A stretch of DNA of 36,846 nucleotides from the IMG/VR virus record IMGVR_UViG_3300045988_045270; one strand, written 5' to 3'. Positions 17,331 through 26,683 of the stretch are shown here, piece after piece. The position numbers and the translations under genes were made by a program. Each line of letters begins with the position of its first letter. The first letter of the stretch is position 1. The notes under the pieces are model-generated. The model did no database searches. It had not been told where the DNA came from and saw only the letters and a program-made list of their open reading frames with translations. This DNA comes from a virus.

Positions 17331-19657
17331 GCAGATATTATAGAGTTAAAACATTGATGCTGAAAGGCGAAAAAGGCGAAACAGGGTACAGTATTTCAAA
17401 TATTCAGATGAATGATGATTATACTTTGACTATAACAATCGAAAATGGAATGCAATTCAATACACCGCCAATCCGTGGCGAAAAAGGCGAGCAAGGTACT
17501 GGCATTAGGTCAGTTGAACTGCGTGACGACTACTCACTACTGTTTACTCTTGATGATGGCGAAACACTTGAGACTACAGCAATTCTTGGCAAAGAGTTTG
17601 AAAATATCCGCAAACTAGAAGCGTCTGCAACCAGTGCAAGTAAGATTGCAACTAATGCAAGTACAAGTGCAAGTGCATCAGCACAGTCAGCAAAAAATGC
17701 AAGTCAGAGTGCTACAAATGCACAAGAGAGTGCAAGCAATGCAAGTACAAGTGCAGATACTGCAACATCTAAGGCTACAGAAGCAAGTGCATCAGCTACA
17801 AAAGCAAAAGAATGTGAGATGAATGCAAAATTATCAGAAACAAATGCATCTAACAGTGCGAAAGAAGCTGAAGCAAGTGCAGTAAATGCGAAAACTTCAG
17901 AAAATAAAGCAAAGGAATACGCCAACAATTTACAAAATTCAACTGAAGCCATTAATCAGCTAAAGGAAGATTTAAACGCAAACACTAAAGCAGACGCAAG
18001 AACAAACAGAAGTTTAACTGCACTATGGGATTTAAACAAAGGTATTTCATACCGTTTCGAAAGTGATGTAACTAAAGCATATCAAAAGCAGATTCCAAGT
18101 GGTGCAAAACTAGGCGCAGTAAACAAGATTGGTGGTCGTACTATTGTATATAACCAATTATTTACAACTGAAAATTATGATAGTGATAATTTAAAAATCA
18201 CATATGCAGACAACGTTATTACAATAAACGGTTCTATAAGTAACAATTGGATCAATTTTAGCCCACTAGGTGAAAATTTAAATATTGTCGCTAAGTTTTA
18301 TATTAAAATGACTATTATAAAGAATGATGGCAAGTTATCATTTAACTACGGTTGGTTAAATAGAAGTTGCTATACTGATTCAATATCCACAGGAAGTTCG
18401 TCAGCCATATATAATCAAACAACTAGCGAGTTAGAAAAAGGACCGTCAACAGGTATTTCATGGGCTGATTCATTGGGTAGCGTAACGTTCAATGATGTTA
18501 AAATCAAAATCATGATTGTTAACCTCACAAAGATGTTCGGTAGTGGCAATGAGCCTTCTACAGTAGAGGAGTTCGAAGCAATGTTCCCTAATGATTATTA
18601 TGCTTACAACGAAGGCGAACTTATGAGCATGAGCGTAAACGAGGTTGATAGCGTAGGGAAGAACTATTTTGATTTTTCTAAAATAAAAATGGGTTCTTTA
18701 GTTGACTATGATAAGCAAACTATTACAATACCTCATGATAAGTATAGCGTAGGTGGCATACAAACGTTACGTGAATTATGCCCAAATATAACTCCAGGTA
18801 CTTATGTTTTGTCTATGAATAGGTCTAATCCAAAAAGTGCTAATTTTATATACCTTATCGGTTATGGTAATTCAATAACTATAAATAGACCTATTGAATT
18901 AACAAACAAGCATTTGAATAGTAAAATTGCTCTTTACAACGCTAATAACGCAGAAGTTGAAAATGTAATATCAAACATACAGATTGAAAAAGCAACTACT
19001 GCAACAACCTACTCACCATATACAAAAGCAACATACACAATCCCTCAAGCAATCCTTAATTTAGACGGTTACGGTTGGGGTGTTGGTACGGCTTATAACT
19101 ATGTAGATTTCGAGAATAAGAAATATTACAAGTGTGTAGGCAGATATGTAGTTACAGGTGATGAATATTATATGTCTAATGAAAATTTAGGATATATTGG
19201 GAATAACTCGTCTAATGCTTATTTTGTAAAAAACATTGGACATAAACCCTCACCGTATGAAAGTTGCATAAGTAATAAATTAAAGAGAATAGCGTATTGT
19301 TGGAGCGTAGATAGCGCTTATAATACAATGGAGTTTAATGGTGAGCAGATACACATAAGAATACTAAATAGTGAATTAGGTATCACTAGTGAAACAAGCC
19401 CAAGCGAAGTTGCGAGCGCAGTTAAAAAATACTGCAAAGGCTTATACGACAAGGGAGACCCTATTATTATATATTATGAACTAGCAGAACCCGTTGTTAC
19501 TGATATATCTGATATTATAGGCGATACATTACAAGAACCGTTCAAGGTTGAGAGTGGGGGTTCATTAACTTTCAAGAACGTAAACGGTGACGGCTACAAA
19601 CTTGCAGTACCGAGCGATATTCAATATGTAGTATCGTTAAAAGAGGTGACATCATAA
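17327..19657 (+). CDS. Tail fibre / receptor-binding protein with collagen-like G-X-Y triplets, a Ser/Ala/Thr/Asn low-complexity stalk, and an AT-rich C-terminal domain
   Basis: KTLMLKGEKGETG and RGEKGEQGTG triplets, then (S/T)A(S/T)NA repeats at 17600-17960, then a globular C-terminal half. GC content drops sharply after about 18000. Confidence 0.6.
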   Translation: MSRYYRVKTLMLKGEKGETGYSISNIQMNDDYTLTITIENGMQFNTPPIRGEKGEQGTGIRSVELRDDYSLLFTLDDGETLETTAILGKEFENIRKLEASATSASKIATNASTSASASAQSAKNASQSATNAQESASNASTSADTATSKATEASASATKAKECEMNAKLSETNASNSAKEAEASAVNAKTSENKAKEYANNLQNSTEAINQLKEDLNANTKADARTNRSLTALWDLNKGISYRFESDVTKAYQKQIPSGAKLGAVNKIGGRTIVYNQLFTTENYDSDNLKITYADNVITINGSISNNWINFSPLGENLNIVAKFYIKMTIIKNDGKLSFNYGWLNRSCYTDSISTGSSSAIYNQTTSELEKGPSTGISWADSLGSVTFNDVKIKIMIVNLTKMFGSGNEPSTVEEFEAMFPNDYYAYNEGELMSMSVNEVDSVGKNYFDFSKIKMGSLVDYDKQTITIPHDKYSVGGIQTLRELCPNITPGTYVLSMNRSNPKSANFIYLIGYGNSITINRPIELTNKHLNSKIALYNANNAEVENVISNIQIEKATTATTYSPYTKATYTIPQAILNLDGYGWGVGTAYNYVDFENKKYYKCVGRYVVTGDEYYMSNENLGYIGNNSSNAYFVKNIGHKPSPYESCISNKLKRIAYCWSVDSAYNTMEFNGEQIHIRILNSELGITSETSPSEVASAVKKYCKGLYDKGDPIIIYYELAEPVVTDISDIIGDTLQEPFKVESGGSLTFKNVNGDGYKLAVPSDIQYVVSLKEVTS

Positions 19658-19803
19658 TGACAGATTTACAAAATAAAATGATGGAAAAGCTAGGCTTATC
19701 AAAAGAGGACTTTGAACCTATCAACAAAGAGGAATTACTTGAAGAAGCATATTTAAAATGTGAATATAATTCAATTTTAATCGAGCAATTAATGGAGGAA
19801 TAA
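19657..19803 (+). CDS. Small hypothetical protein (48 aa) in the fibre cassette
   Basis: TAATG overlap with the fibre gene stop. Translation MTDLQNKMMEKLGLSKEDFEPINKEELLEEAYLKCEYNSILIEQLMEE. Confidence 0.35.
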   Translation: MTDLQNKMMEKLGLSKEDFEPINKEELLEEAYLKCEYNSILIEQLMEE

Positions 19804-19804
19804 A

Positions 19805-19942
19805 ATGATTTATAGATTAATGAAAAATAAGATTCGACGTGAAGGATTAACTGAGGAAAATAAGAACTTATTAGATGTGTATTTATTAGGCAAAAGAATT
19901 ACGCAATCTCAATATGAAGAATTAATGCGATTAGCAAATTAA
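19805..19942 (+). CDS. XkdX-like small protein (45 aa)
   Basis: MIYRLMKNKIRREGLTEENKNLLDVYLLGKRITQSQYEELMRLAN resembles the PBSX XkdX family (...gkIT.eqY.ei..). Found among fibre genes as in PBSX. Confidence 0.4.
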   Translation: MIYRLMKNKIRREGLTEENKNLLDVYLLGKRITQSQYEELMRLAN

Positions 19943-19966
19943 ATAAACAGAAAGCGATGTGATAAG

Positions 19967-20731
19967 ATGAGCGGATATTTTATAAAGCCAATCGTAAAAA
20001 CATTGATGCTAAAAGGTCAGAAAGGGCAGAGCATCGAGGGAATCAAAAAAACTAGCACAAGTGGGCTGACTGATACTTATGAAATCACACTTACAGATGG
20101 AACTAAGAAAACTTTTAATGTAAGCAACGGCAAAGGCATTATATCAATTGCAAAGACATCGACAATTGGATTATTAGATACATACACGATTACATATAAT
20201 GATAGAACAACATCAACATTTTCTGTAAAGAATGGTGAAACTGGAAGCATTGAAAACCTACTTGACAGGACTTATCCAATTGGCTCTATCTATATGAGCG
20301 TAAATAGTACTGAACCATCAACACTGTTTGGCGGTACGTGGGAAAGGCTGAAAGGACGTTTCCTAATTGGTGCGGGAACAAATACGGAGGCAAACTCTAA
20401 TGGAGAATATGGCGATCTTGGACGTGGAGACCCAAACTTTGCAGGTGGGGAAACAGGTGGTCAATACTATCATCAATTAACCATTGACGAAATGCCTGAG
20501 CATCATCATGATACAAACGACTATACTTTGGTTGTTAACAAAAACGCTGTTCAGATAAAAAGTAACATGGGTGCTAAGCCTGTAATTGATGAGGAATATA
20601 CTAATATCATACCTAACATAAAGGCAACTAAAAACGAAGATGGCAACGCAACTGGAGATGCAGGAAGAGGGAAAAAACATAGCAATATGCCACCATATCT
20701 AGCAGTGTTCATGTGGAAGAGAACGGCATAA
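19967..20731 (+). CDS. Short tail fibre with collagen-like N-terminus and C-terminal phage tail collar (MdpB-like) domain
   Basis: N-terminus VKTLMLKGQKGQSIEG is shared with the 17327 gene. C-terminus YPIGSIYMSVNSTEPSTLFGGTWERLKGRFLIGAG...HQLTIDEMPEHHH...NMPPYLAVFMWKRTA matches the collar-domain consensus. Confidence 0.6.
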   Translation: MSGYFIKPIVKTLMLKGQKGQSIEGIKKTSTSGLTDTYEITLTDGTKKTFNVSNGKGIISIAKTSTIGLLDTYTITYNDRTTSTFSVKNGETGSIENLLDRTYPIGSIYMSVNSTEPSTLFGGTWERLKGRFLIGAGTNTEANSNGEYGDLGRGDPNFAGGETGGQYYHQLTIDEMPEHHHDTNDYTLVVNKNAVQIKSNMGAKPVIDEEYTNIIPNIKATKNEDGNATGDAGRGKKHSNMPPYLAVFMWKRTA

Positions 20732-20757
20732 TAACATGCTAAGAAAGGAGGGGCTAA

Positions 20758-22419
20758 ATGATCAGAGTATTTTCTCCTAACGATAGAACATTTACGTCAA
20801 ATGGTGATGCGGTTATCCGACCATTCAAGGCAAAAGTGCATAAAGAAGACAATGGAAAATTCTATCTGAATATTGAGGCAGACATATCATATGTTGACAT
20901 TCTGACAGCAAATAGAATCATTGTTGCAGATACGCCACAAGGCGCACAGGCATTCCGCATTAAAAATCCAGAAAAGACAAAACACAAGATCACAATCAAA
21001 GCACCGCATATCTCATATGATGCAGAAAACTATGTGATTGCAGACAGTTATGTTGTCGATAAGAATTGCAATGATGCGATGGATCATTTAAACAGTGCCA
21101 CGGACAATCCTAGTCCGTTTCAGGTGATGTCTGATATTGCCATGGTAGATTCATATAGATGTGTTAGAACATCGCTGTATGACGCTTTTAGCACGGTTCT
21201 GGAGCGTTGGGGCGGACACTTTGTGCGTGACAATTACAGATTCGGAATCATGAGTACCATCGGGCGTGATAACGGAGTGACTGTACGATACAAAAAGAAT
21301 CTGAAGGAAATGACATGCACGGCAAACTGGGATAATGTTGTGACAAAACTCATGCCAGTTGGAAAAGACGGATTGATGTTGGATGAAGTCTACCTTTACA
21401 GCAAGACGCAGTATGACATTCCATTTACAAAAGTCGTGTCTTTCAACCAGAATATTGACCAAGACCTTTACAAGGATGCTGACGGCAATCTTGATGAAGT
21501 GGCATACAATAACGCACTGGTTGAGGATTTGAGAACGCAGGGACAGGCATACGTTAATGAAAATTGCACGCCAAAAGTGAATTACACCTTAAAAGCAAAC
21601 GTTGAAAAGCTGACTGATATAGGCGATACAATCGAAGTCATTGACGAGCCAATGGGCGTGGATATTACAACGCATGTTATTTCGTATGATTATGATTGCA
21701 TTCTAGGCAAGTATACGGAGCTTGAATTTGGAAATTTTAAGCAGAAAGTATCTGGTCTTATGGGAACAGTAAGCTCAACAATTCAGCAGAGTGTGGAACA
21801 AAACAATGCGAAATTACAGGTTGTATTCTCAGATGCAATTCAGCAGGCACAGGAATCAATACTTGGTATGCTTGACAGTTCGTATGTGGTGTATGAAGGT
21901 GACAAGATTCTGGTTGTTGATGCATTACCAAAGGAAGAAGCTCACCACGTTATTATGATAAACAGTGGTGGTATTGCATTTTCAAGCACTGGAATTAATG
22001 GAACATTCGAAAGTGCATGGACGATTGATAATGTGTTGAATATGCAACATATAAATGTGATTAATCTTGTTGCAGACATGATCAAAGGTGGAACATTAAA
22101 ACTTGGCTCTAACCTTAACCAGAACGGACAGATTGAGGTATACGATGAAGCAAACAATCTGATTGCAAAGCTTGACAAAAACGGGCTGATTATGTACGGA
22201 CTTGACGGCTCATATCTTGTGGTCAATAATTCAGTTGGATTTGCAGGATATGACCGCACGGGTGCTAAAACATTCTGGGTTTCAGGTGACGAGTTCCATC
22301 AGAAAAAATCTGTTATTGAGGAAGAGATCACATTGTGCAACAAGGCAAGGTTTATTCAGATAACTGTTAAAGATGGAGATACTGTTACAAATGATGGTAT
22401 CGGTATAGTAGGAGTATAA
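20758..22419 (+). CDS. Tail-associated lysin / tail tip protein (Tal; prophage tail endopeptidase family N-terminal domain)
   Basis: 553 aa with a gp27-like N-terminal region (MIRVFSPNDRTFTSNGDAVIRPF...). It would normally follow Dit directly. Confidence 0.6.
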   Translation: MIRVFSPNDRTFTSNGDAVIRPFKAKVHKEDNGKFYLNIEADISYVDILTANRIIVADTPQGAQAFRIKNPEKTKHKITIKAPHISYDAENYVIADSYVVDKNCNDAMDHLNSATDNPSPFQVMSDIAMVDSYRCVRTSLYDAFSTVLERWGGHFVRDNYRFGIMSTIGRDNGVTVRYKKNLKEMTCTANWDNVVTKLMPVGKDGLMLDEVYLYSKTQYDIPFTKVVSFNQNIDQDLYKDADGNLDEVAYNNALVEDLRTQGQAYVNENCTPKVNYTLKANVEKLTDIGDTIEVIDEPMGVDITTHVISYDYDCILGKYTELEFGNFKQKVSGLMGTVSSTIQQSVEQNNAKLQVVFSDAIQQAQESILGMLDSSYVVYEGDKILVVDALPKEEAHHVIMINSGGIAFSSTGINGTFESAWTIDNVLNMQHINVINLVADMIKGGTLKLGSNLNQNGQIEVYDEANNLIAKLDKNGLIMYGLDGSYLVVNNSVGFAGYDRTGAKTFWVSGDEFHQKKSVIEEEITLCNKARFIQITVKDGDTVTNDGIGIVGV

Positions 22420-22420
22420 T

Positions 22421-24238
22421 ATGGCAACATCAGGAACATTCAAAACATCAGCATATGATGGCGCGTGCCTACAGTTCGACTGGATGTTGAAAAACCAAAA
22501 CATCGTCAACAATCAATCTGTTATCACATGGACATTAAAAGGTGCAGGAATCAAGTCTGGCTATTGGTACATGGCAGGGCCCTTCAAATGCGTTATAAAT
22601 GGGACTACAGTTTATCAGTCAAACACAAGAATTGAGTTATACACTGGGACGGTTGTGGCATCTGGAGAACTTGCAATCGGGCATGATACCAATGGTTCAA
22701 AGAGTTTTTCAGCGTATGCAGAATGTGCAATTTATACAACGGCTGTAAACTGCAAAGGTTCTGGAAGTTGGAGCCTTCCAGACATAGGCAGAGCATCAAA
22801 GCCAAGCCTGAACACATGGCCGAACAATTTGCCAAACTTTAATATCGGCGATACTATTGTGGTGTATATGAACAGAAAATCATCAGTATTTACGCATACA
22901 GTAGTGCTGAAGTTGGGTTCATACAGTTATACTATCGGCACTGGTGTAACGGATAATATTTCGTTGGATACGGACAATATCGCATCAAGTCTGTATGCAC
23001 AAATGCCAAACAGCAATAGCATGACTGGAGAAATCACTGTAACAACGTATAGTGGCAGTGTGATTATAGGTACGTCAAGCTGTACAATCATTGCACACGT
23101 TGTAAATTCTAACCCTGTATTTGATGTGGGTTATTCCGACACAAATTCGACAACAGTTGCAATCACTGGTGACAATCAGTATATTATCAGGAATAACTCG
23201 ATATTGAAAATCAGCATAAGCAATGCGCAGGCATTAAACAGTGCCACGTTGAAAACAATTACTGCCGTAGTAAATGGAAATGCTTATACAGGCAGTTTAA
23301 ACGGCACTACAGGCGTTGTAAACGTTGGCACGGTAAATATATCATCTGATGCAAAAGTGACCGTTAAATTGACGGATTCAAGGGGAAACGAGGGCATCAG
23401 TGAAATCACGGTGCTTGTGTACGACTGGATATTACCAAGTGCAATCATCAAGCTGAACCGAAAGAGCAATTATTATTCAGAAAGCATCTTGAATGTCAAT
23501 GCGAATTATTCATCAATAGGCGGAAAAAATGAGGTAACGATTAAGTACCGCACGAAGAAGGTTGCAAACAGCACATATAGCACTTACACGACAATTCAGG
23601 ATAACACCGATACGAATTTTACAGCTGACAACGAGTATGAATGGAACGTTCAGGTCAATGTTGCAGACAGACTAGGTAATACAACATACAATCTGATTCT
23701 TCCGAGGGGGATTCCGATTGCATATATAGATACTCAAAAAAACAGTTTCGGCGTAAATTGTTTCCCTAAAAACGATGAAAGTTTGGAGATAAATGGCAAA
23801 ACTGTTTTTGATATGGTGTACCCAGTAGGCAGTATTTATATGAGCGTGAACACCACAAGTCCAGCAACTATGTTCGGTGGTTCATGGGTGCAGATAAAGG
23901 ACAAATTTCTGCTAAGTGCAGGAGATATGTATAAAGCTGGAGCAACTGGTGGTGAAGCAACACACACGCTGACAAAAAGCGAAATCCCGAATTATACAAT
24001 TGGTAGTATTCCAGAAGCGGTTCCTGGCAATCACGATAACTGGCGTAATGGCGGGATCACAGGTGACAACTTAGGAAATGCCTCAAGTTCTAAAAAAGGT
24101 GTTGCAAACAACAACGAAGTGCTCATAATAACTTCTGGACCTCAGTGGAGTTATAGAATCAGCACAGACGGTGGAGGTCAACCGCACAACAACATGCCAC
24201 CCTACATAGCCGTCTACATTTGGCAAAGAACGGCGTAA
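22421..24238 (+). CDS. Receptor-binding / tail fibre protein with C-terminal phage tail collar domain
   Basis: C-terminus YPVGSIYMSVNTTSPATMFGGSWVQIKDKFLLSAG...HTLTKSEIPNYT...NMPPYIAVYIWQRTA is paralogous to the 19967 gene C-terminus. Upstream beta-rich Thr/Ser-rich domains. Confidence 0.6.
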   Translation: MATSGTFKTSAYDGACLQFDWMLKNQNIVNNQSVITWTLKGAGIKSGYWYMAGPFKCVINGTTVYQSNTRIELYTGTVVASGELAIGHDTNGSKSFSAYAECAIYTTAVNCKGSGSWSLPDIGRASKPSLNTWPNNLPNFNIGDTIVVYMNRKSSVFTHTVVLKLGSYSYTIGTGVTDNISLDTDNIASSLYAQMPNSNSMTGEITVTTYSGSVIIGTSSCTIIAHVVNSNPVFDVGYSDTNSTTVAITGDNQYIIRNNSILKISISNAQALNSATLKTITAVVNGNAYTGSLNGTTGVVNVGTVNISSDAKVTVKLTDSRGNEGISEITVLVYDWILPSAIIKLNRKSNYYSESILNVNANYSSIGGKNEVTIKYRTKKVANSTYSTYTTIQDNTDTNFTADNEYEWNVQVNVADRLGNTTYNLILPRGIPIAYIDTQKNSFGVNCFPKNDESLEINGKTVFDMVYPVGSIYMSVNTTSPATMFGGSWVQIKDKFLLSAGDMYKAGATGGEATHTLTKSEIPNYTIGSIPEAVPGNHDNWRNGGITGDNLGNASSSKKGVANNNEVLIITSGPQWSYRISTDGGGQPHNNMPPYIAVYIWQRTA

Positions 24239-24310
24239 AAAAGTTTTACAGATTGAATAAATCATGATATACTATTAGTGCAGTGTTTCATGTTCACTGC
24301 ATTCCTTTCT

Positions 24311-24345
24311 CAGCCTGTCGAAGCTTTCGGCGGGCTGTTTTTTTA
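24311..24345 (+). terminator. Rho-independent terminator of the late (tail fibre) operon
   Basis: CAGCC-tgtcgaagctttcggc-GGGCTG stem followed by TTTTTTT. Confidence 0.65.
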
Positions 24346-24398
24346 TTTGAAAAATTCTATACTAACTTGTCATAGCCTACAGGTTAGCATATCTTAGT

Positions 24399-24428
24399 AA
24401 AGAAAAAATCACCGATTGCATTCGGTGA
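24399..24428 (-). terminator. Rho-independent terminator for the minus-strand recombinase gene
   Basis: TCACCGA-ttgcat-TCGGTGA hairpin; on the minus strand it is followed by a T-run (plus-strand A-run at 24403-24408). Confidence 0.5.
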
Positions 24429-24524
24429 TTGATTGATGTATATTATAGATGTGGCTTACATTGGTCATAAATTCTCCTAGTAAAGGGCAGGCAGAAATGT
24501 CTGCTTTTTACTTGAAGAAAACTT

Positions 24525-25094
24525 CTATTCCATCAGGTGAAACATGGACAGAATCAAGAACATTTCGCCACAGGGTGCGCTTGTTCTCACGTGTGAGGTT
24601 ATCATATATTGAGCGCCAACCGCACCAGTGATAGGTTGACCTTGAGCAATCTTGTACTCAAATACGGCTTTGATACGTTCAGAGCCTTTTTTTAATTCAT
24701 GTTCTGCAAGATTGACTTTAAGGTTGAACATAAACAATCCGTTCGCAGTGGACGTGTTTATATCGTCCTCACAAATGGAAATCATGGCGACATTGTTCTG
24801 TTGAAGAAGTTCAAGCATTTTATTAGCTTCAAGGACATTACGTGACAGACGGTCAAGGCGTGTGAAAGCTATGGCATCAAGATTTTTCAGGTTAGACAGC
24901 ATGGATTGCAGTTGTGGGCGCTTCATGGTGCTTGCTGAGTAGCCTTCGTCTACATAAATATGTTGAAGGATATGATCATTGTCGTTGCACCATTGCGTTA
25001 TTTCTTCAGTCTGGGCCTGTATTGAGTATCCATATTTTTTCTGTTCATCTGTTGAAACACGAGCATATCCTGCCACTCGCAGTTTTTTTCTCAT
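24525..25094 (-). pseudogene. Large serine recombinase (integrase) reduced to its N-terminal catalytic domain; truncated at TAG
   Basis: MRKKLRVAGYARVSTDEQ...YVDEGYSAST.KRP.LQ...LDRLSRN...ERIKA matches the serine recombinase catalytic domain with the Ser nucleophile. The recombinase and zinc-ribbon domains are absent. RBS GGAGGG precedes ATG 25094. Confidence 0.6.
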
Positions 25095-25269
25095 AAAAAA
25101 TCCCTCCGATTGATTGAAAATAAAAAAAGCAGTCCATACTAGCCATTGAAAGGCGGTGAGCATATGGACGCTGAAAGTTTCTATTCTTTGCTGTTTAATC
25201 TTTATGCTGAACAGGAAGATCTCAAAATTGAGTATGAGTTAGACAACTCTTTTTTTTCGACAGATGGTT

Positions 25270-25611
25270 TCAATCAGAAACATTTTTACTGTCAAGGTAC
25301 AACTTCATTATCTTCAGATACAGTTCATCCTTCTCAGGTTCAGGAAGATCGTGAAACAGAGACTCGATGCGCAGTGTGAGGTCTGTCGCTTCGTCATAGC
25401 TTGACGTATCAATTCCAAAGTAAGATATATCAATTCCGTAAACCTCGCAAAAACGTTTCAAAGTTGAAAGAGTCAAGGAACGTTTTCCAGATTCAATATT
25501 TGATATGGCAGGTCTTGAAAGCCCGACAAGGTCAGCGAGTTCAGACTGTTTAAGATCACGGGAGATGCGTAGTTCTTTGAGTTTCCTTCCTATTGATTTA
25601 TTGTTGATCAT
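25270..25611 (-). CDS. CI-like repressor (XRE-family HTH)
   Basis: MINNKSIGRKLKELRISRDLKQSELADLVGLSRPAISNIESGKRSLTLSTL has an HTH_3 pattern. It is divergent from a cro-like gene. RBS GGTGGTG. Confidence 0.7.
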   Translation of the reverse strand: MINNKSIGRKLKELRISRDLKQSELADLVGLSRPAISNIESGKRSLTLSTLKRFCEVYGIDISYFGIDTSSYDEATDLTLRIESLFHDLPEPEKDELYLKIMKLYLDSKNVSD

Positions 25612-25757
25612 TATTTTACACCACCTAAAAAAGTTTATATTTCGATGATAACATAACGTTGCTATTTGAAACAATAAAAAATAATCGTCTTTTGATTAAA
25701 AGTAGTTGCAATTTGATTACAAGGGTTTATAATGTAATGCATGAAAGGGGGCACGAA
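25612..25757. promoter_or_regulatory. Divergent cI/cro intergenic switch. The rightward promoter has -35 TTGCAA (25706-25711) and -10 TATAAT (25728-25733), flanked by direct repeats TTTGATTA(A/C)AAG at 25691 and 25712
   Basis: Read directly from the sequence; 16-nt spacer. Confidence 0.5.
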
Positions 25758-25952
25758 ATGAAAAGAGCAGAATTGAAAGCATTCAGAATTTCAAAGGGTT
25801 TTACTCAGAAGGACGTTGCAGAAATGCTTGGAATATCAACGAGCCATTATGCTTGTATTGAGCAAGGAACGCATAATCCTTCTACAGAGCTTGTCAAAGT
25901 TTTTTGCAAAGTGTTTGGATATGAATATGCGAATTTGATTATTGGGAGCTGA
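25758..25952 (+). CDS. Cro-like XRE-family HTH regulator
   Basis: MKRAELKAFRISKGFTQKDVAEMLGISTSHYACIEQGTHNPS has an HTH_3 pattern; RBS AAAGGGGG. Confidence 0.6.
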   Translation: MKRAELKAFRISKGFTQKDVAEMLGISTSHYACIEQGTHNPSTELVKVFCKVFGYEYANLIIGS

Positions 25953-26065
25953 AAAAATGTTAGATATCGTAGCAGAAATCGTAAAAAGAGGGCAAGCAGA
26001 AGAATTAAGAAAAATTATTAAACAGTACGAAATTGATGTTTCAAAAAGAAAGGAAAACAAGAAAA

Positions 26066-26683
26066 ATGAAAGGATTTGAAAACATTACACCAGAAATTGC
26101 AACAGATTTGATTGAACTGGTCAACCAGTTGAAAGGACTTGAAAAGTCAGCACAGGTCAACTATTCTGTGCAGAACAGAAAAACAGGGGAATGGATGCGC
26201 AAGGCATTTGATTATGTGCCATTAGACAACATTTTAAACAAAATCAAGGAAAATAAGAATTTTGCACTATTACAGCCCATTGGAGTTGATGAGAACGGCA
26301 TAAACGGTGTTCGCTGTATTCTGGTACACAAGAGCGGGCATGTATTTGAAACAAACACTTATCCGTTCGCAGTGAAGGAAGGTGCGAAGCTTCAGGATGA
26401 AGGTGCAGAGATCACATACCGTAAGCGTTACTCATTAGGTGCATTTCTTGGTATGGCAACTGAAGAAGATACGGACGGCAATGATGATGAAGCAACGAAC
26501 AGCACGGAACGCAAGGCATCACCAAGACAAATCGTAGTATTGAGCAAGATCTATACAGGCGAGAATCTTATAAAGCTGTTAAAGATGAACAATATCGAAA
26601 AGCTGGAAGATATGCCGATGTCGAAGGCAAGTGAGTTGATTGGTAAGAACATGAAGCAGAGAAAGGTGGAAAAACATGACTAA
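26066..26683 (+). CDS. ERF-family single-strand annealing protein
   Basis: C-terminal ...ITYRKRYSLGAFLGMATEEDTDGNDDEA matches the ERF signature (TYARRY...G...eDDDGN). Confidence 0.7.
   Translation: MKGFENITPEIATDLIELVNQLKGLEKSAQVNYSVQNRKTGEWMRKAFDYVPLDNILNKIKENKNFALLQPIGVDENGINGVRCILVHKSGHVFETNTYPFAVKEGAKLQDEGAEITYRKRYSLGAFLGMATEEDTDGNDDEATNSTERKASPRQIVVLSKIYTGENLIKLLKMNNIEKLEDMPMSKASELIGKNMKQRKVEKHD

Noticed and set aside
17634-17952. ORFs 17634-17822 (+) and 17704-17952 (-), rich in Gln/Val or Ala/Leu
   Set aside because: Artefacts of the (S/T)A(S/T)NA tandem-repeat DNA in the fibre gene, which is open in several frames.
17600-17960. Possible CRISPR-like periodicity
   Set aside because: The repeats are short (9-15 bp), imperfect, contiguous without unique spacers, and lie inside a coding gene. 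This is not a CRISPR array.
24239-24524. Possible tRNA or attP in the fibre-recombinase intergenic region
   Set aside because: No cloverleaf-compatible segment is found by eye. The structures present are two convergent intrinsic terminators. attP cannot be defined without the host sequence, and the integrase is defective.
24449-24631. Plus-strand 60-aa ORF overlapping the recombinase 3' end
   Set aside because: No RBS and an arbitrary sequence (MWLTLVINSPSKGQAEMSAFY...). It lies antisense to the recombinase remnant and its terminator.
25146-25379. Plus-strand 77-aa ORF spanning the recombinase start, an intergenic stretch and the 3' end of the cI gene
   Set aside because: Antisense to two well-supported minus-strand genes and their RBS. 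No translation signals.
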